Below, piece by piece: positions 23,820 through 36,200 of a DNA stretch of 64,000 nt. Origin of the DNA: Thalia democratica (lineage: Eukaryota); NCBI GenBank assembly GCA_965202585.1, contig OZ241832.1, positions 41,230,001 to 41,294,000 on the forward strand. The letters are read 5' to 3'. A program made the translations under genes and the position numbers. The first letter of the stretch is position 1, and every line of letters begins with the position of its first letter. The notes beneath the pieces were generated by a model. The model did no database searches. It was not told where the DNA came from and saw only the letters and a list, made by a program, of their open reading frames with translations.

Positions 23820-24469
23820 TATGCTATACCAAGAGTTAGGTGTGGCCCACTAGTTATTTAATTAAATTTAGATATTTTAGATATTTAGATATTTTAGATA
23901 TTTAGATATTTAAATTAATTAAATTTGATTTGTAAATTTCAGAGATTATTAAGAGCACCAAAAGCAGCTTGCTTCTTAATTAATTATCCACAACAAAGCT
24001 TATTTATTCATTTTTATGTAACCAAATTACAGATAATTTCAATATAATTAACTATTAACACCAAAGTTTATTTATTTAAATTTATGTAAAATCAAAAGTA
24101 CAATTAACTTCAATTTAATTTTATCAACAGCAGAGTTTATTTATTCAAATTTATGCAAACCAAAAGTACAATTAACTTCAATTTAATTTTATCAACAGCA
24201 GAGTTTAGTTATTCAAATTTATGCAAACCACAGTAAAATTAACTTCAATTTAACTTTATTAGAAATTTCAATTTAAGAGACAGAACTAGAAAATAAGAGA
24301 TTAATGACAATACTCACAATTTAGCACATAGGAAGTTCAGCTTGAGCCTTTACAAATCTAATCATTCAAATCTAAGGCGGCAATTTAGAAAGTTAACAAA
24401 TTAATACAAAAAACCCCTAATTAGAGAAAACTCTTTTGCTGAATTTAATTTAAAGCCAGAGGCGTTACA
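23611..24469 (-). repeat. 5' LTR
   Basis: Near-identical to 19469-20328: about 3 scattered substitutions, 1 indel, and one 10-nt divergent patch. Confidence 0.93.
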
Positions 24470-24958
24470 TCCTTTCTTTACTTTCGTTTTCTTAGACCAT
24501 GCTAAAAACTGTATCTATATAAAGTATTTTTTTATTTTATGTATAAGTGAAATTATCTTAAACTATTTTTACAAACTCTTAACTAAGTTATAACTTTTTA
24601 ATAATGATATTGCTTGAACACAGTATTAAGTTGAAGTCAAAACAATTCGTCTGAAGTAAAATTTTGCTTATTTATTTAATATTAAAATGGTATAAAAATC
24701 ATTAACTTAATATCTTAAAGCAGTGTTATTTTTCAATAAACATAGATAAATAACTGGCTAGTAAATATTTAGAGTTATATATTAATTGATTTAAACTCTA
24801 TTTTATACTTAGTAAAAAGGACTACATTTAGTTTAAAAAAAAATCCCCAGCATTCGGATGAAAATTAATTTGAAAAATAAGTTAAATCCTGTTGACGGGT
24901 ATTCTTAATCATAAACATAATGCTTTTTGCCAAGCCTGCTCCATACCTTACTTTATAC

Positions 24959-25232
24959 CAGGGTTTTCCTTTTTTTTTTTCTCAAATTGTCCCCTTTGAA
25001 GAAATTAAAAAGGCTATTGCTCCTCCAAAAAGAGTACCATTTAAAACACTAAGACTTTTTTTTTTGCTCTTCATCTACAACTCATCATCTCAACATCAAC
25101 AACAAGTATATCTAGTAAGAGTTAAAAATTTTAAAATTGCCCCCTCCCTTTGGCCCTATTACTAATAACTGCTCCCCAAACTTACTAAAATCGCACCGAG
25201 GGGGGAGGTACCGCCCACTTTGGGAAACCCTG
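24959..25232. mobile_element. hAT-type MITE
   Basis: Ends CAGGGTTT(T)CC / GGAAACCCTG; 8-bp flanks ctttatac / gtttatac (7/8). Confidence 0.7.
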
Positions 25233-25449
25233 GTTTATACTAAAGTCTTTTAAATAACTTTACTTACAGAACGATAATGTTAAACTTCTTAATTAAAGAA
25301 TAAAATTTCTCAACCTCTACAGATATATGAAATAAAATTACTAAGACTTTCTTTACAAATTCTAAATATAAAAAAAGTGTTTTGCCCTATATCGCTCTTC
25401 AGTTATCGTTACAAAACAATAAATGAATTTTTCATAAAATATAGAGGTG

Positions 25450-27320
25450 GAACTACAAATATTGAGAAAATAATATTTTTAATATAAATCTGAAGCCTGA
25501 GGGAAATTTAATTTATTCGTACAAGATACCTAACCACATGTTTTAAGCATTCACAAGATGCAAATAACCAAATGTTTTTTTTTGTCTGGGAATGTTATTT
25601 GTAAATTTTTTAAGTGAAATAAAGTTGTAAGATATAAATATATAACAATTAAAACACCAAATAGCCTAGTTATGGATGTCTATTTAACTTTTGCTAATTA
25701 ATCTGCTTTGAAAGCAAAAACAGAGCAACTTTTGAAATTTGAAAACTTATAATAAGCAATGAAAATTTGAGACAAGTTAGGAACAAATTAAACACTAAAA
25801 ACCATAGTAACACCACATTGGAAAATATTTAATAATAATATTTTTTTTTTTAGTTAAAATATTATTTGAAAAAAGGTGGCTGCTTATAACACCACATACT
25901 TTCAATATACTTTGCAGGCTAGAGTGTTCTACAGAGCATATTTGCCCACAGACCATACACTCCCCACCCTTAAAGCTACAAAATACATAACTGATGACTC
26001 TTTTTAAAATACAAAGAATAAAACTTCCGTAAGTAACACTACTTAACAAAGTATATGCAGATTTGATGGTTATAATACATCATATTTAAATATTATCACA
26101 ATTTAAACTAGGGTTTGCTAGCTTTTTTAAGTGGTACGCCATTTAAAATAAAAAGTTGCTTGTAGCCATTATGCAATAAAAAAGTCTTTGGCTGGTCCTA
26201 TTTATTGAAAATAGTTGTAGGAATAAATATATAAAAATGTTTTAAAACAAACAAAAAGTTTTTTACAATTTTGATGTATTAACTACCAATCTTGATTGAA
26301 GGTAGACTATCTATCCTTGGCTTAAGAATTTAGTTTTTTTAAGGCTTATGGTAGTGCCACAATCTGAGCATACAGAAAATAACTAACTCAGTAGCAGAGT
26401 TACTAGAATTTTTGAATTTTCATATGTTATTACAAAATTGTTAATCACTTAAGGCTTTAAGCTGATAAATTCTGGTTACTATGCTCAGTAGTTTCTGAAG
26501 ATATTGGGCCGAATAAACTACAAGTAGAGCATCATAAGCAAAGAGGAAATATTGTACTGTTAAGTTAATCGCCTTGTAATTTACTCTCAGACTTGCAAGT
26601 TTGAAAAGTAGACTATTTTTTTATGCAGCTTAAGTGCTATATTTAAAAAACCAAAAGAGTAATTCAACAACCATGAAAACAAAATTTCAAAAAGATTCTT
26701 ACAACTTACAACTCTCAATTTCAAATAAATCCAAAGCACTACCATTATATTGAATGTTTGCCTTTGTTTTTGTGTGAAAAAACTTCAAAATTTCAAAGAG
26801 ATGTAAGGGACATTTAACCTTTATTAAAATAGCAAACAGTCCTTCTCTACTTAGTAAATAAAGGTTTTGGAAGATCAATAAACGCAATATACAAAGGCGC
26901 CTTCTGTTTATTACGCTTCTCTTGCAGGTGTGGTACAAAGAAAATCATATTAGTGATAAAATGTTTAGACATAACCCACTACCGCTCAGGATATACTCTT
27001 TTAGCCTGCTACTGCATTGTAGGAACAACTATAAGTTTAGAGGCTGGTAATTCCAAGAAGGTAAATTCCCTTGTGGTTGTTGCAATTTGACCTAGATTGT
27101 TTGATTTTATGATTTTACCACTTAGTTTAGTTATTTTTTTACAGCTAATATTTTAGTTAAGTTAATATCTTAAAGTTATTACTTTAGCTTCAGGCATAAC
27201 TTCTGGCACCATAACATCTTTCAAACATTTTACTAAAATGTCATGAAGAAGAAGATATGAGCAGGTGTTGCATTTTGGAGTTACTGTCTTGTTGCTCCAT
27301 GGAGACATCACAAAATATGG
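25450..27320 (-). mobile_element. Decayed RTE-clade (BovB-like) non-LTR retrotransposon, RT region
   Basis: Broken frames give LQEKRNKQKAPLYIAFIDL, SREGLFAILIKVKCPLHLFEILKFFHTKTKANIQYNG, LFAYDALLVVYSAQYLQKLL and TISLKKTK, all typical RTE RT blocks; many stops and frameshifts. Boundaries approximate. Confidence 0.8.
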
Positions 27321-29140
27321 GAACAGGTCAATTATGCACAAAGACACTTTTGCACAAAGGGTCATTTTTGGACCAGAGTAAAAAAAAATTTAAAAAAAAA
27401 CATAAAAAACAAAAAAGTACATGACCAACTCACAGGCTAGTTTTGATTTTTTTTTGAAAAATTCAGGCTAGCTTTAATAGCTCTGGTTTATGACTTATGT
27501 TTTTAATGATGTTTTTTAAGTTCTGTTGTTAATATTTTAAATAAATAAGCTTTGTTGTTTTAAATCTATTTAAAAAAAAATTTATTACAGTTTATCAAGA
27601 AGTTTAATTTACCTTCAATATAATCTGTTGACAAATATCTTTAATATTTTTATTAGCCTTAGACTTTTTTATCAATTTAGATTAGTTTGTAAATATTGCT
27701 TTAATTATTTTTTTCTCCCTTTTACCAATTTTTTCATTAGGTTTTTTGTATTTAAATGTAGTTTTGTAAGCTTAAGCTAAGCCTTAATGTCTTGATATTA
27801 TTTTTGAGATATTTACTAGAACTTATCATCTTGATAATTTTAATTATTAATTGAGTGAAGCATTGTTTTATGGATAAATTCACAAAACATTAAATCTGTA
27901 ATATACAAGCTGTATTAATAACAGTTGTTTTTTAATTTTGACACTAATTTTAATTTAGATTTTTATTTAAATTTTCTTATAAACTCAGACTAACTTAATA
28001 TAACTCAGGCTGATTTTTTTGCCTCAAAGTGAGTCAACTCTATTGTAAAAGTATACTCAAAGTCTATGATAAAAATGTTATTATAGCATCAACTAGAACC
28101 ACTATCATAGATAATGAAAGAAGGTGGGACAGTACTTAAACCAGTGGTCTGTAACTTTTAAAACCAGTTCACATATATATAATAAAAAGCCTGTGCAGTG
28201 CACTAACAACTAAAGTAAATGTTCAGTGAACACATAGTTATTATTTTGTGTTTTTATGAAAAAACTACTTTATAAAAGTTTTACTTGTACTAATAACTAC
28301 ACTAAGTGTAATAGTGATTTTTAGTTATCAAGAAGTTAAAAATCTAATTACATAGAAAATAAGCCTTCATTTTTTATTACTCGTTAAAATGTCTGTGCAC
28401 ACTTTGAGAAACAAAATAAAATCTTTTTTCAAACATTTTTTCTTGCATTTAAAGCAACCATATCAGTTGGTTTTTTGTTCTTATATAATAATCAAAATGA
28501 TTGTCTAATTTTAAAAGGAAGGGTCAACATACTTCAGAAAACACAGCATGCCTCCATTAGTAATTTCAGACAAGGAATTAATTTCAAAATAAAAAGAAGA
28601 TAAACACATGAAAAATAAGTAGTTTAGTTTTAGTCTTCTTTTCCTTAGTTATAGTTTTCAATACTTTTTATTTATTAATGTATTTTTAACAAAAAATTTT
28701 TTTTTGAACTAGTCCTAGGACTTTTGGCTTACCCTGTATACTACAGCAGTAGCTTTTTATACTTCTCACTTTTCATTCAAAACTTAATTTCATAATATGC
28801 TTTTTAGTTTATAGTAACAAGTTGCATATGCTTTTTCTAACTAAACTAAATTAAATAGTTAAATTGTTCTTAGTTTTTAGTTAGAGGTTGGCACATTTTA
28901 AGGCTAGTTTTAAGGATTTCAAATGACTAAACTAGTTTTTTGTTAGATTTTTAGAGAGTTTGAGTTAATTTAGCTAAAATTTTGTATTTTAATGGTTTCC
29001 TTATGTTCGATTATTTCATTTTTATTAGATTTTAAGTGTTGATTCCAATAAAAGATTAAAAATTTTGCTATAAAGCTAGTTAACAAAAATATTTTTTAAA
29101 GCCTTTTGTTAACATAAAGTATGAATGAAAGCATATATTA

Positions 29141-29575
29141 CAGGGTTGCTACACACTCAGGATAAATTTGGATATTTTGAAATTTTTTAAAATCTATGGA
29201 AAGCTCTCGATAGTTTTGTTTTATATAAGAAACTCAGTATAGTTCTTTTTTTAGTTATTATTATTGTTTATTGAATGACAAAAAGTGCTCAAAGTATTTG
29301 GTCTTTGGACCTGGTTCAAGAAGAATCTTTAGGTTATCAAGTGTACACCACACATGAAAATTTCCTGGACATGAAAATAATCTTAGAACAGATTTTTCTA
29401 GATTTTGAATGAGATTTAGTTTCAATATTTTATTATTTTATAACCAATTTTAATAAATAACTCGATTTTTTATTATTTTGAAAAATTAAAACAAAACTTT
29501 TTAAAGATTTGATAAAAATCAGGATAAATTAAGGTCACTCAGGACAGTTTTTTTGACTCAATGAGTGGCAACAGT
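29141..29575. mobile_element. MITE with (C)AGGGTTGC ends
   Basis: CAGGGTTGCTAC left end and degenerate GTGGCAAC right end; a related inverted copy at about 55838-56209. Confidence 0.5.
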
Positions 29576-30182
29576 CTTAGATCTTAGTGATTTTGAAATT
29601 TAGTAAAATAAAGAGCTCCTGATAAATTGTCCACCGTAAACCACTGATAAAAGTATTGTGTAAAATGGATTATTTAGTTTAAACTTTTATAAGGTTTTTT
29701 TTTTATTTATAGTTGCATGAGATATTGAAGTTTATTTTTAATTATGAAAAATAAAATTCAATAGATTTTTTTAAGCTGTAATGTATAATTTTCATCTCTA
29801 AGATCTTGTGCACGCTCAAGCATCCAGTACACACTGGGTTAAACATAATAATTGCACCAAAAACATAAACACTTATGAGATTTTTTATTACTCTCAGACT
29901 GGCTGAGCCTAGTTTATAGCCAATCAGATTATTTTTTGGTTGCTCAGACTAGTTTTTTTTTTTTTGCTTCAAATATTGTCAACCCTGACATAAATACTTA
30001 AGCTGCAAACTTGTTTTATTCAAAAATTTGCAAGTAGCTACTTGTAACATAACAACAAGTCATATATACTTATTTACTTTTGAAGCATGTAAAATTTGCT
30101 TAAACATTTTTATAGATGGTTTTGCTATTATTCTAAAAAATTGCTATCACAGTTTTTGAATTTGTCATGTTAATAATAGCAG

Positions 30183-30249
30183 GTAAGCATTTATTGTACT
30201 CAAATTAAAAACTTTTTTTACATACAAAATGTTTTTGTTGTTTTTTCAG
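30183..30249 (+). other. Probable 67-nt 5'-UTR intron of SZT2
   Basis: AG|GTAAGC donor at 30183 and TTTTTTCAG acceptor ending at 30249, 41 nt before the ATG. Confidence 0.55.
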
Positions 30250-30290
30250 ATTTATTGTTTATAACAAAATGTTTTTAATACTTTGAAAAT

Positions 30291-33200
30291 ATGAAAACCT
30301 CTTTTAGTCAGAATGATCTGTTTCTTCTTATGGATGATAGTCAATGGATTTGTAGATCTACTTTGTTAAAATGGTATATAGATAAATTAAAAAAATCAAA
30401 TAAATTTGAAAACTTAGAAGAGTATACAACAGCTGGAATAAAGCTGCTAATTCCTAATAGTGATCACTATGTGCCATTAAAAGAAATATTGTGCAATCAA
30501 GAAGAAAATATTTGCACATATGCAAATGTTAATTTGTTATCCTCTTCTTACATTTTTGTCTTTGGACTTGATTTATCTGCGAGTGTTTTACGTGTGGATA
30601 TTCCACAGTCTCATACTGTTCTTGAAAGCTTAGTTTTAAACTTAGAAAAGTGTCTGCAAGCTCTTGTTGAATGCAACAAACTCAACATAAATGAAAGTTT
30701 TCAACCAAAAATTTATGTATCTATTTTTGCTCAATGGCATGCTACATCTTTTAGTGATGCAAACATAGCAGGTAGACATGTGCAGCACAAATTTTTAGTT
30801 CACTGTTGTAAATTAAGTAGTTGTTTGATCAAGGAATTGATTGACAATGTTAGGCAGTTTGTTTTTAATATTAAAAATACCTATGCTAAACAAGTTGTAA
30901 ATCCATACTCTTGTTCGCAGCAAAACATTTTGATTGGAATGCTCAAAACAGGTCGGTCGAGTTTTAAAAATCAAAAAGCAAATTGTAACTTTAATCTGGT
31001 CATAATAACTGATGGTGTGATTGGTATGCCTGAACAGCGTTCCTTAGACAACATTATTTTTGATTATCATAATTTAGGTATATCTTGTTATTTTTTGCAT
31101 GTTGTATCTTGTGATAATGATTTTGGTTGTATACCAAACTTAGAAGTAATGCAGTATGTTGCTGCCACTACAAAGGGTGATTATTTAAAATCTAGCAATA
31201 GTTTAAATCATTCTGAGTTTATAAATATCTTGCAAAAAAAATTTTTAATTAAGTCACTTTTTAGTGATTTTAAACAAACAAAAGAAGCACTAAGCCCTTT
31301 TATGCATAGGGTATGCCTTGAACAGACAATAGAAGTACCTCTATTTATTTTAATAAAAAGTAAATTAATGAAAGGATTTCAACCTAGTGGTGTAACACTT
31401 GAAGGTAATGTACTTACTGTTGTTTTAGAAAAATATTGGTATAGTAAACAAACCGTTATGCAATATGTTATTACTAATAATTTTGACAAAAACAATGTAT
31501 GTAAAATAAAAGTTCTTATCAAGTGTGCATATCAATTTATGTTAGACTTAACACAAGGACCTAAAATAATTCGTCAAAATGGAGAAAGAAAAATTTGGAG
31601 TGATTTTAGAGTAAATGCTTTATTAAATTGTCATGTTTATATTAGTAAAGAGCTACCAGGTTCAGATAATGTTATACAAGTTCTAAACAGCTTTGTTACA
31701 AATAATAAGCGTCATAACGTACCAAAAATACTATTAAAGGGTCAAGCACTGTTTTATCAAGCAAATGCTCGGGCGCGTATTGAGCTTCAACCTAATAATA
31801 TTGATGTAGATTTTGCCATGTTTTGGAAATTCGTTTTAAACAACTTATCTTACATTCGTAAAGCTTGTTTGCATTCTCACTCAATAGAAGTTATATTACA
31901 AGCTGACAATTTGACAACTGGGTACTATACATCGACAGGATCTGATGCACATTATGCTGCAATAACTTGCAACGTTGCTTTTAATGCTTTAACTGAAACA
32001 CTTAAAAAGTATAGTGACTTTATTTTACTTCATGATAAAGCATATATAAAGGTAGTCAAAAAAATAGAATCTAGTCTTGGTTTTGCACTTGATTGTAGTG
32101 AATGTTATTCACTAGATGTTGAAGAAGCTCCTATATCTTTTATGCTTGTAGAACTTATAAATCGGCAACCATTGATTGTTGTTAATGTTTCCTTTTCTTT
32201 TGGTACAGATTTCAATGTTAGAAAAAAATACTTATCTACTTTAATTAAAAACTTAAATAACATATCTTTGTCCACTCAACAAAATAACAGTACTACAAAA
32301 AAAGCTCGTGTGCGTCATGCCAGCTCCAAGTCAGTTTTAAGTTCAATTAATACTTCAAAACATCCTTTAAATGCAGAAGTTTTAGGTGTTGTTTTACAGA
32401 AACCAATTACCTATACCCTAATTCGTTACGACTGCAGTCCAAGTGATCTTTTGTCATTAAGTTTTCTTAATGACAATGAAAGGTATTTGCGTGAAGAGTT
32501 TTTTCTACACAACAAAACCAATGAGGACGAAGGATGCTTTTATATGTATCACAAACGTTGTGTTTGGTGTATAGAAGACTTGAGCTATGCTAAGACTTTA
32601 GCAGAGTTGTTAGTAAGACTTCGGCAAGTTGAAGGTTACAGTTTAGCTTTTTCATCATGTGGAAATCAAAATATGGTCTGTGAAATAAAAAATTCAGAAT
32701 TTTTGAAGAAAAGTGAGCAAAAAGAAAAGTGTGAGTGTCAGTATGGTAGCCGCCAAATTCAGTACATTATTTTTCCTCCAGCAGTCAATGAGACAGAATC
32801 CACATTTTCATTTTGTGAGTCTGAAGAAGCTGATGATATTTATTTGAATGTAGATGTAATAGAAAAACCTGAGAACTATCTAGCTGCAGAAATTTGTTTA
32901 GACCCACAACAAGTTATGATAGAAAATGAAAAGCAAAAATATAATGTTGATGAATGCTTTTGTAGAAGTGTTTGCTCACAGTTTTATAATGACTTAGACA
33001 TGCAAAAAATGACTGATAATATTTTTGCTTTTGATACTATATGCTTAAGCGCAGTGCAAACTTTAGAAACTTTGAAATCTTTGTGTGATAGTCCTAATAA
33101 AGAAGTTTGTTTGCCAAAAAGTTGTAAACTGCCTTTTTTTAGTAAAAATGATGTCAATAGATCATTATTGTTAAATAAAAATACAAATAACAACAGTTCA

Positions 33201-36200
33201 GATAATTGTAGTGCTATTCAAGTGGAAAAAAACATTCTTCTTTATAAAACTGTGTTTAACTTTGAAGCACTTCTTGAAAAGTTTTCCTATACAGAAATAC
33301 AGTTTTCACTTTTAGAGCAAGCTGATATTAACCAAACTAATGGTATAAATTCTATTTTAATTGATTCATTTAATAATAATCTTAAAAACTTGTTTAACTG
33401 TGAACTAGTTTTAAACGAGTATAGTAACTCAACAATAACTACTTTGATATACCACGAAGACCCTTTGTACCACCAAGGAATTTTAAATTCAAAATTAAAA
33501 TCACTTAAGTGGAGATGCTTTTTAAAAAAAGGTACAGAGCTACAAGTGTTAGTTTATGTAGTACCTGCCACATACGAAGATTTTTTGACCTGTTATGCTA
33601 TTAAAGAGAGTTTAGCAGAAAGTGTCGATGACTACAAGCATTCAACTTCAGTGCTTAAAACTAGCTCAGAATCCTCTATAGGTGACACAACTCTTTTTTA
33701 TCAAAAGCGTAGAAAATTTTCTGCTCACCATTCTTCAATGAGTGAACGCTCATCGTTTTCTAACAAAACAGAAGGTTACATTAAACCTCACAGAACGTTT
33801 TCTTCCTATATATTCAACTGCACAACTGACAAGCTATTAAGTTCTGTTTTACAAAGTAATTGTGAGTTTTTACATAGAAATTTTAGTCCAGAAGATGAAG
33901 TAGTAAAGGATTTCCGTATACGGTTTAAAGAGCAAACTGGAGAATTAATAAAATGTTCACGCAAAATATACAAGTCAGCTAGTATTAATCCTTTTTGTGA
34001 AGAAAATACAGATAATGTCAAAGATGACGTTTTTGCAGAAAACAAAAACGAAAATGAAATATTTTGTGAAAGTATAGAACTGATCAGGGACTTTTTTTAT
34101 AGATCTTTTTTATCTAGTGTTTTTAGAGCTGTGCAGTCATGTGGCCAAATAGCTGTTTCTAGTGATGATGTTGACACTTGTATTGAAGACTTGTGTGTTG
34201 AAAGTACAGTAGAAATCGATATAACTGATTTTTTGCTTTACAGTAATCCGCAAATTATGAAATTTAAAAATCAGTACATACAAAATAATAAAATTGTTAA
34301 AGACTTGGATAAAATTTTAGAGTCAAGATTTAAAAATCTTGAATCCAATTTTCTTAATAAAAATCAAGACAGTAAAGCTCAACAAGATTTAAAACCTTTT
34401 CAAACAAGTTCTTATAATAGTGCTTTTGTACCTGTCAAAGGTGAAAGGGTTTCAAATAAAGAAGAAAAGAATGTAAATTTCGGAAAAAATGATAACATTC
34501 TAAAGCAATCTTTAGAACCTATAACTGTTACTTCAGATAGTGTTCCAGAAAACAGTCCTTGTACATTTACAACAGAGTGGAGTAAGTTACCCAATTTTTC
34601 TATTACTCATTTGTGCTCAAAAGATACATTAGACTCTGATATGAGTGCTAGCAATCATTTTGATAGAGTCATTAAAAAATTTTGTAAGCAATATCATTCT
34701 GATAGTGACTTGTTTTATGCTATCTCATCAGATTTAATAAATAGATCAAAAAGTTGTTCATCTCTGACAAACAAAAGGAGTACTTCAGAAACAGAGCTTG
34801 AATCAACTTTACCAAATGATGAATTTTTACACTTTAACTGTTTAACGGAAAACACAAAGTTTAGTACTTCTGCAAAAGAGAGTTTATCAAGTAGTAACGA
34901 TATAGACTCTTCTCAAGAAACTTATTCTGGTGATGTACCTTTGTTTTTATATTTATCTTGTACAATCAAAGAACAAAACTCACGCAATGTAGGTTTTAGT
35001 TGTGTTAGAACATTACCATCAAACCTAAAATCTATTACCAAAACCCTTGAAAAACCCTGTGATGATTTGAACTTGGGCTCTTTAAAAATTACATTAGATC
35101 TACAATGGTATTTCATTCCTGAAATAAATTCTAATAAAAATCTACCTGTACTCTCGTGTATTAAGCACATGAAAGATACTGAAGCTTCAATAAAATGGGT
35201 AGTAGATGATGAGCTCATGTCAACATTGTGTAGAAGCAATTTACACAGCAAAGCTGTTTTAGAGCGAATTATTCAACATGTTAAGAGTTCTGATGATCAA
35301 AATCTTAAAAGTAGAAAAGAAAATTGTAAACAAACTAAAATTCGTTTAGATTTCTGCTATGGGTTCAATAAAAGTATAGAAATATTTCGAAAGGAATTGA
35401 AAAGTATTGTTGTTGCAGATTATCCTTTAGAAGTTGTTGGAAATATATTCTACTGGAAACATAATAAATCAATTTTTGTACCAATAAATTCTACATCAAA
35501 TGACAATAGCACTGACAAGGTATCAAAAAGTGCAAACTTATCAACATGTGTTAACAACAATATTAATAAAAACTTAACTATATGTTTATCAGAAATTGAA
35601 GCAGATTTAACGAATGAAGATGATAAAAAAAGAGAACTTGAATTTGTAAACGCAAATGTAAGCAAAAAAACGCATCCAAATGAAAATAACAAAAGCGTTA
35701 AAGTCCTCAACGAACCTACAACAAATTACAGTGAAAGTCAGAATATGGACTACCCTACTAGTCCTTCTGAATCTTATAATTTATTTGATGATTATTGTTT
35801 TTCAAATGGCTGTTATAAAAAAGATAAAAATAATAGACCTGCTTCTAAATGTTTCCAAAAATATTGTGGAAGTTTCGAAGATTTTGTAGTTTCAATGACA
35901 ATAGAAGAAAACTATTGCTGTTTGTATTTGCATAAACGTGCCAGTTGTCACAAAATGCATGAGTTTACAGAAGAAATAAAGATATTTTATAAACTTATTC
36001 TGAATAAAATCAATGCTGCCATGAAAGCAACAAACCAAATACTTTTATTACAAGAAATGTATGAAAAACATGAATGTCAAAAAATGCTTGTAGAAGAGCC
36101 TCAAGAAATGATTTGGACTAATTATGAAGAAGTAAAATCAACAAACTTAGCAGCTTCTTTAAAGTATCCTCCAGGTAAGTTTAAATGTAAACATATAACA

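Larger units (their letters stand above)
19469..24469 (-). mobile_element. Non-autonomous Gypsy-type LTR retrotransposon, recently inserted
   Basis: Two ~860-bp LTRs, TSD TCCT(T) at 19465-19468/9 and 24470-24473/4, PBS, PPT, ORF1, and an aspartic protease ORF that ends just where RT should begin. No RT, RNase H or integrase motifs seen. Confidence 0.93.

Noticed and set aside
25795-27365. ORFs 25795-26049, 26699-26938 and 27162-27365 as host genes
   Set aside because: They fall within the decayed RTE element.
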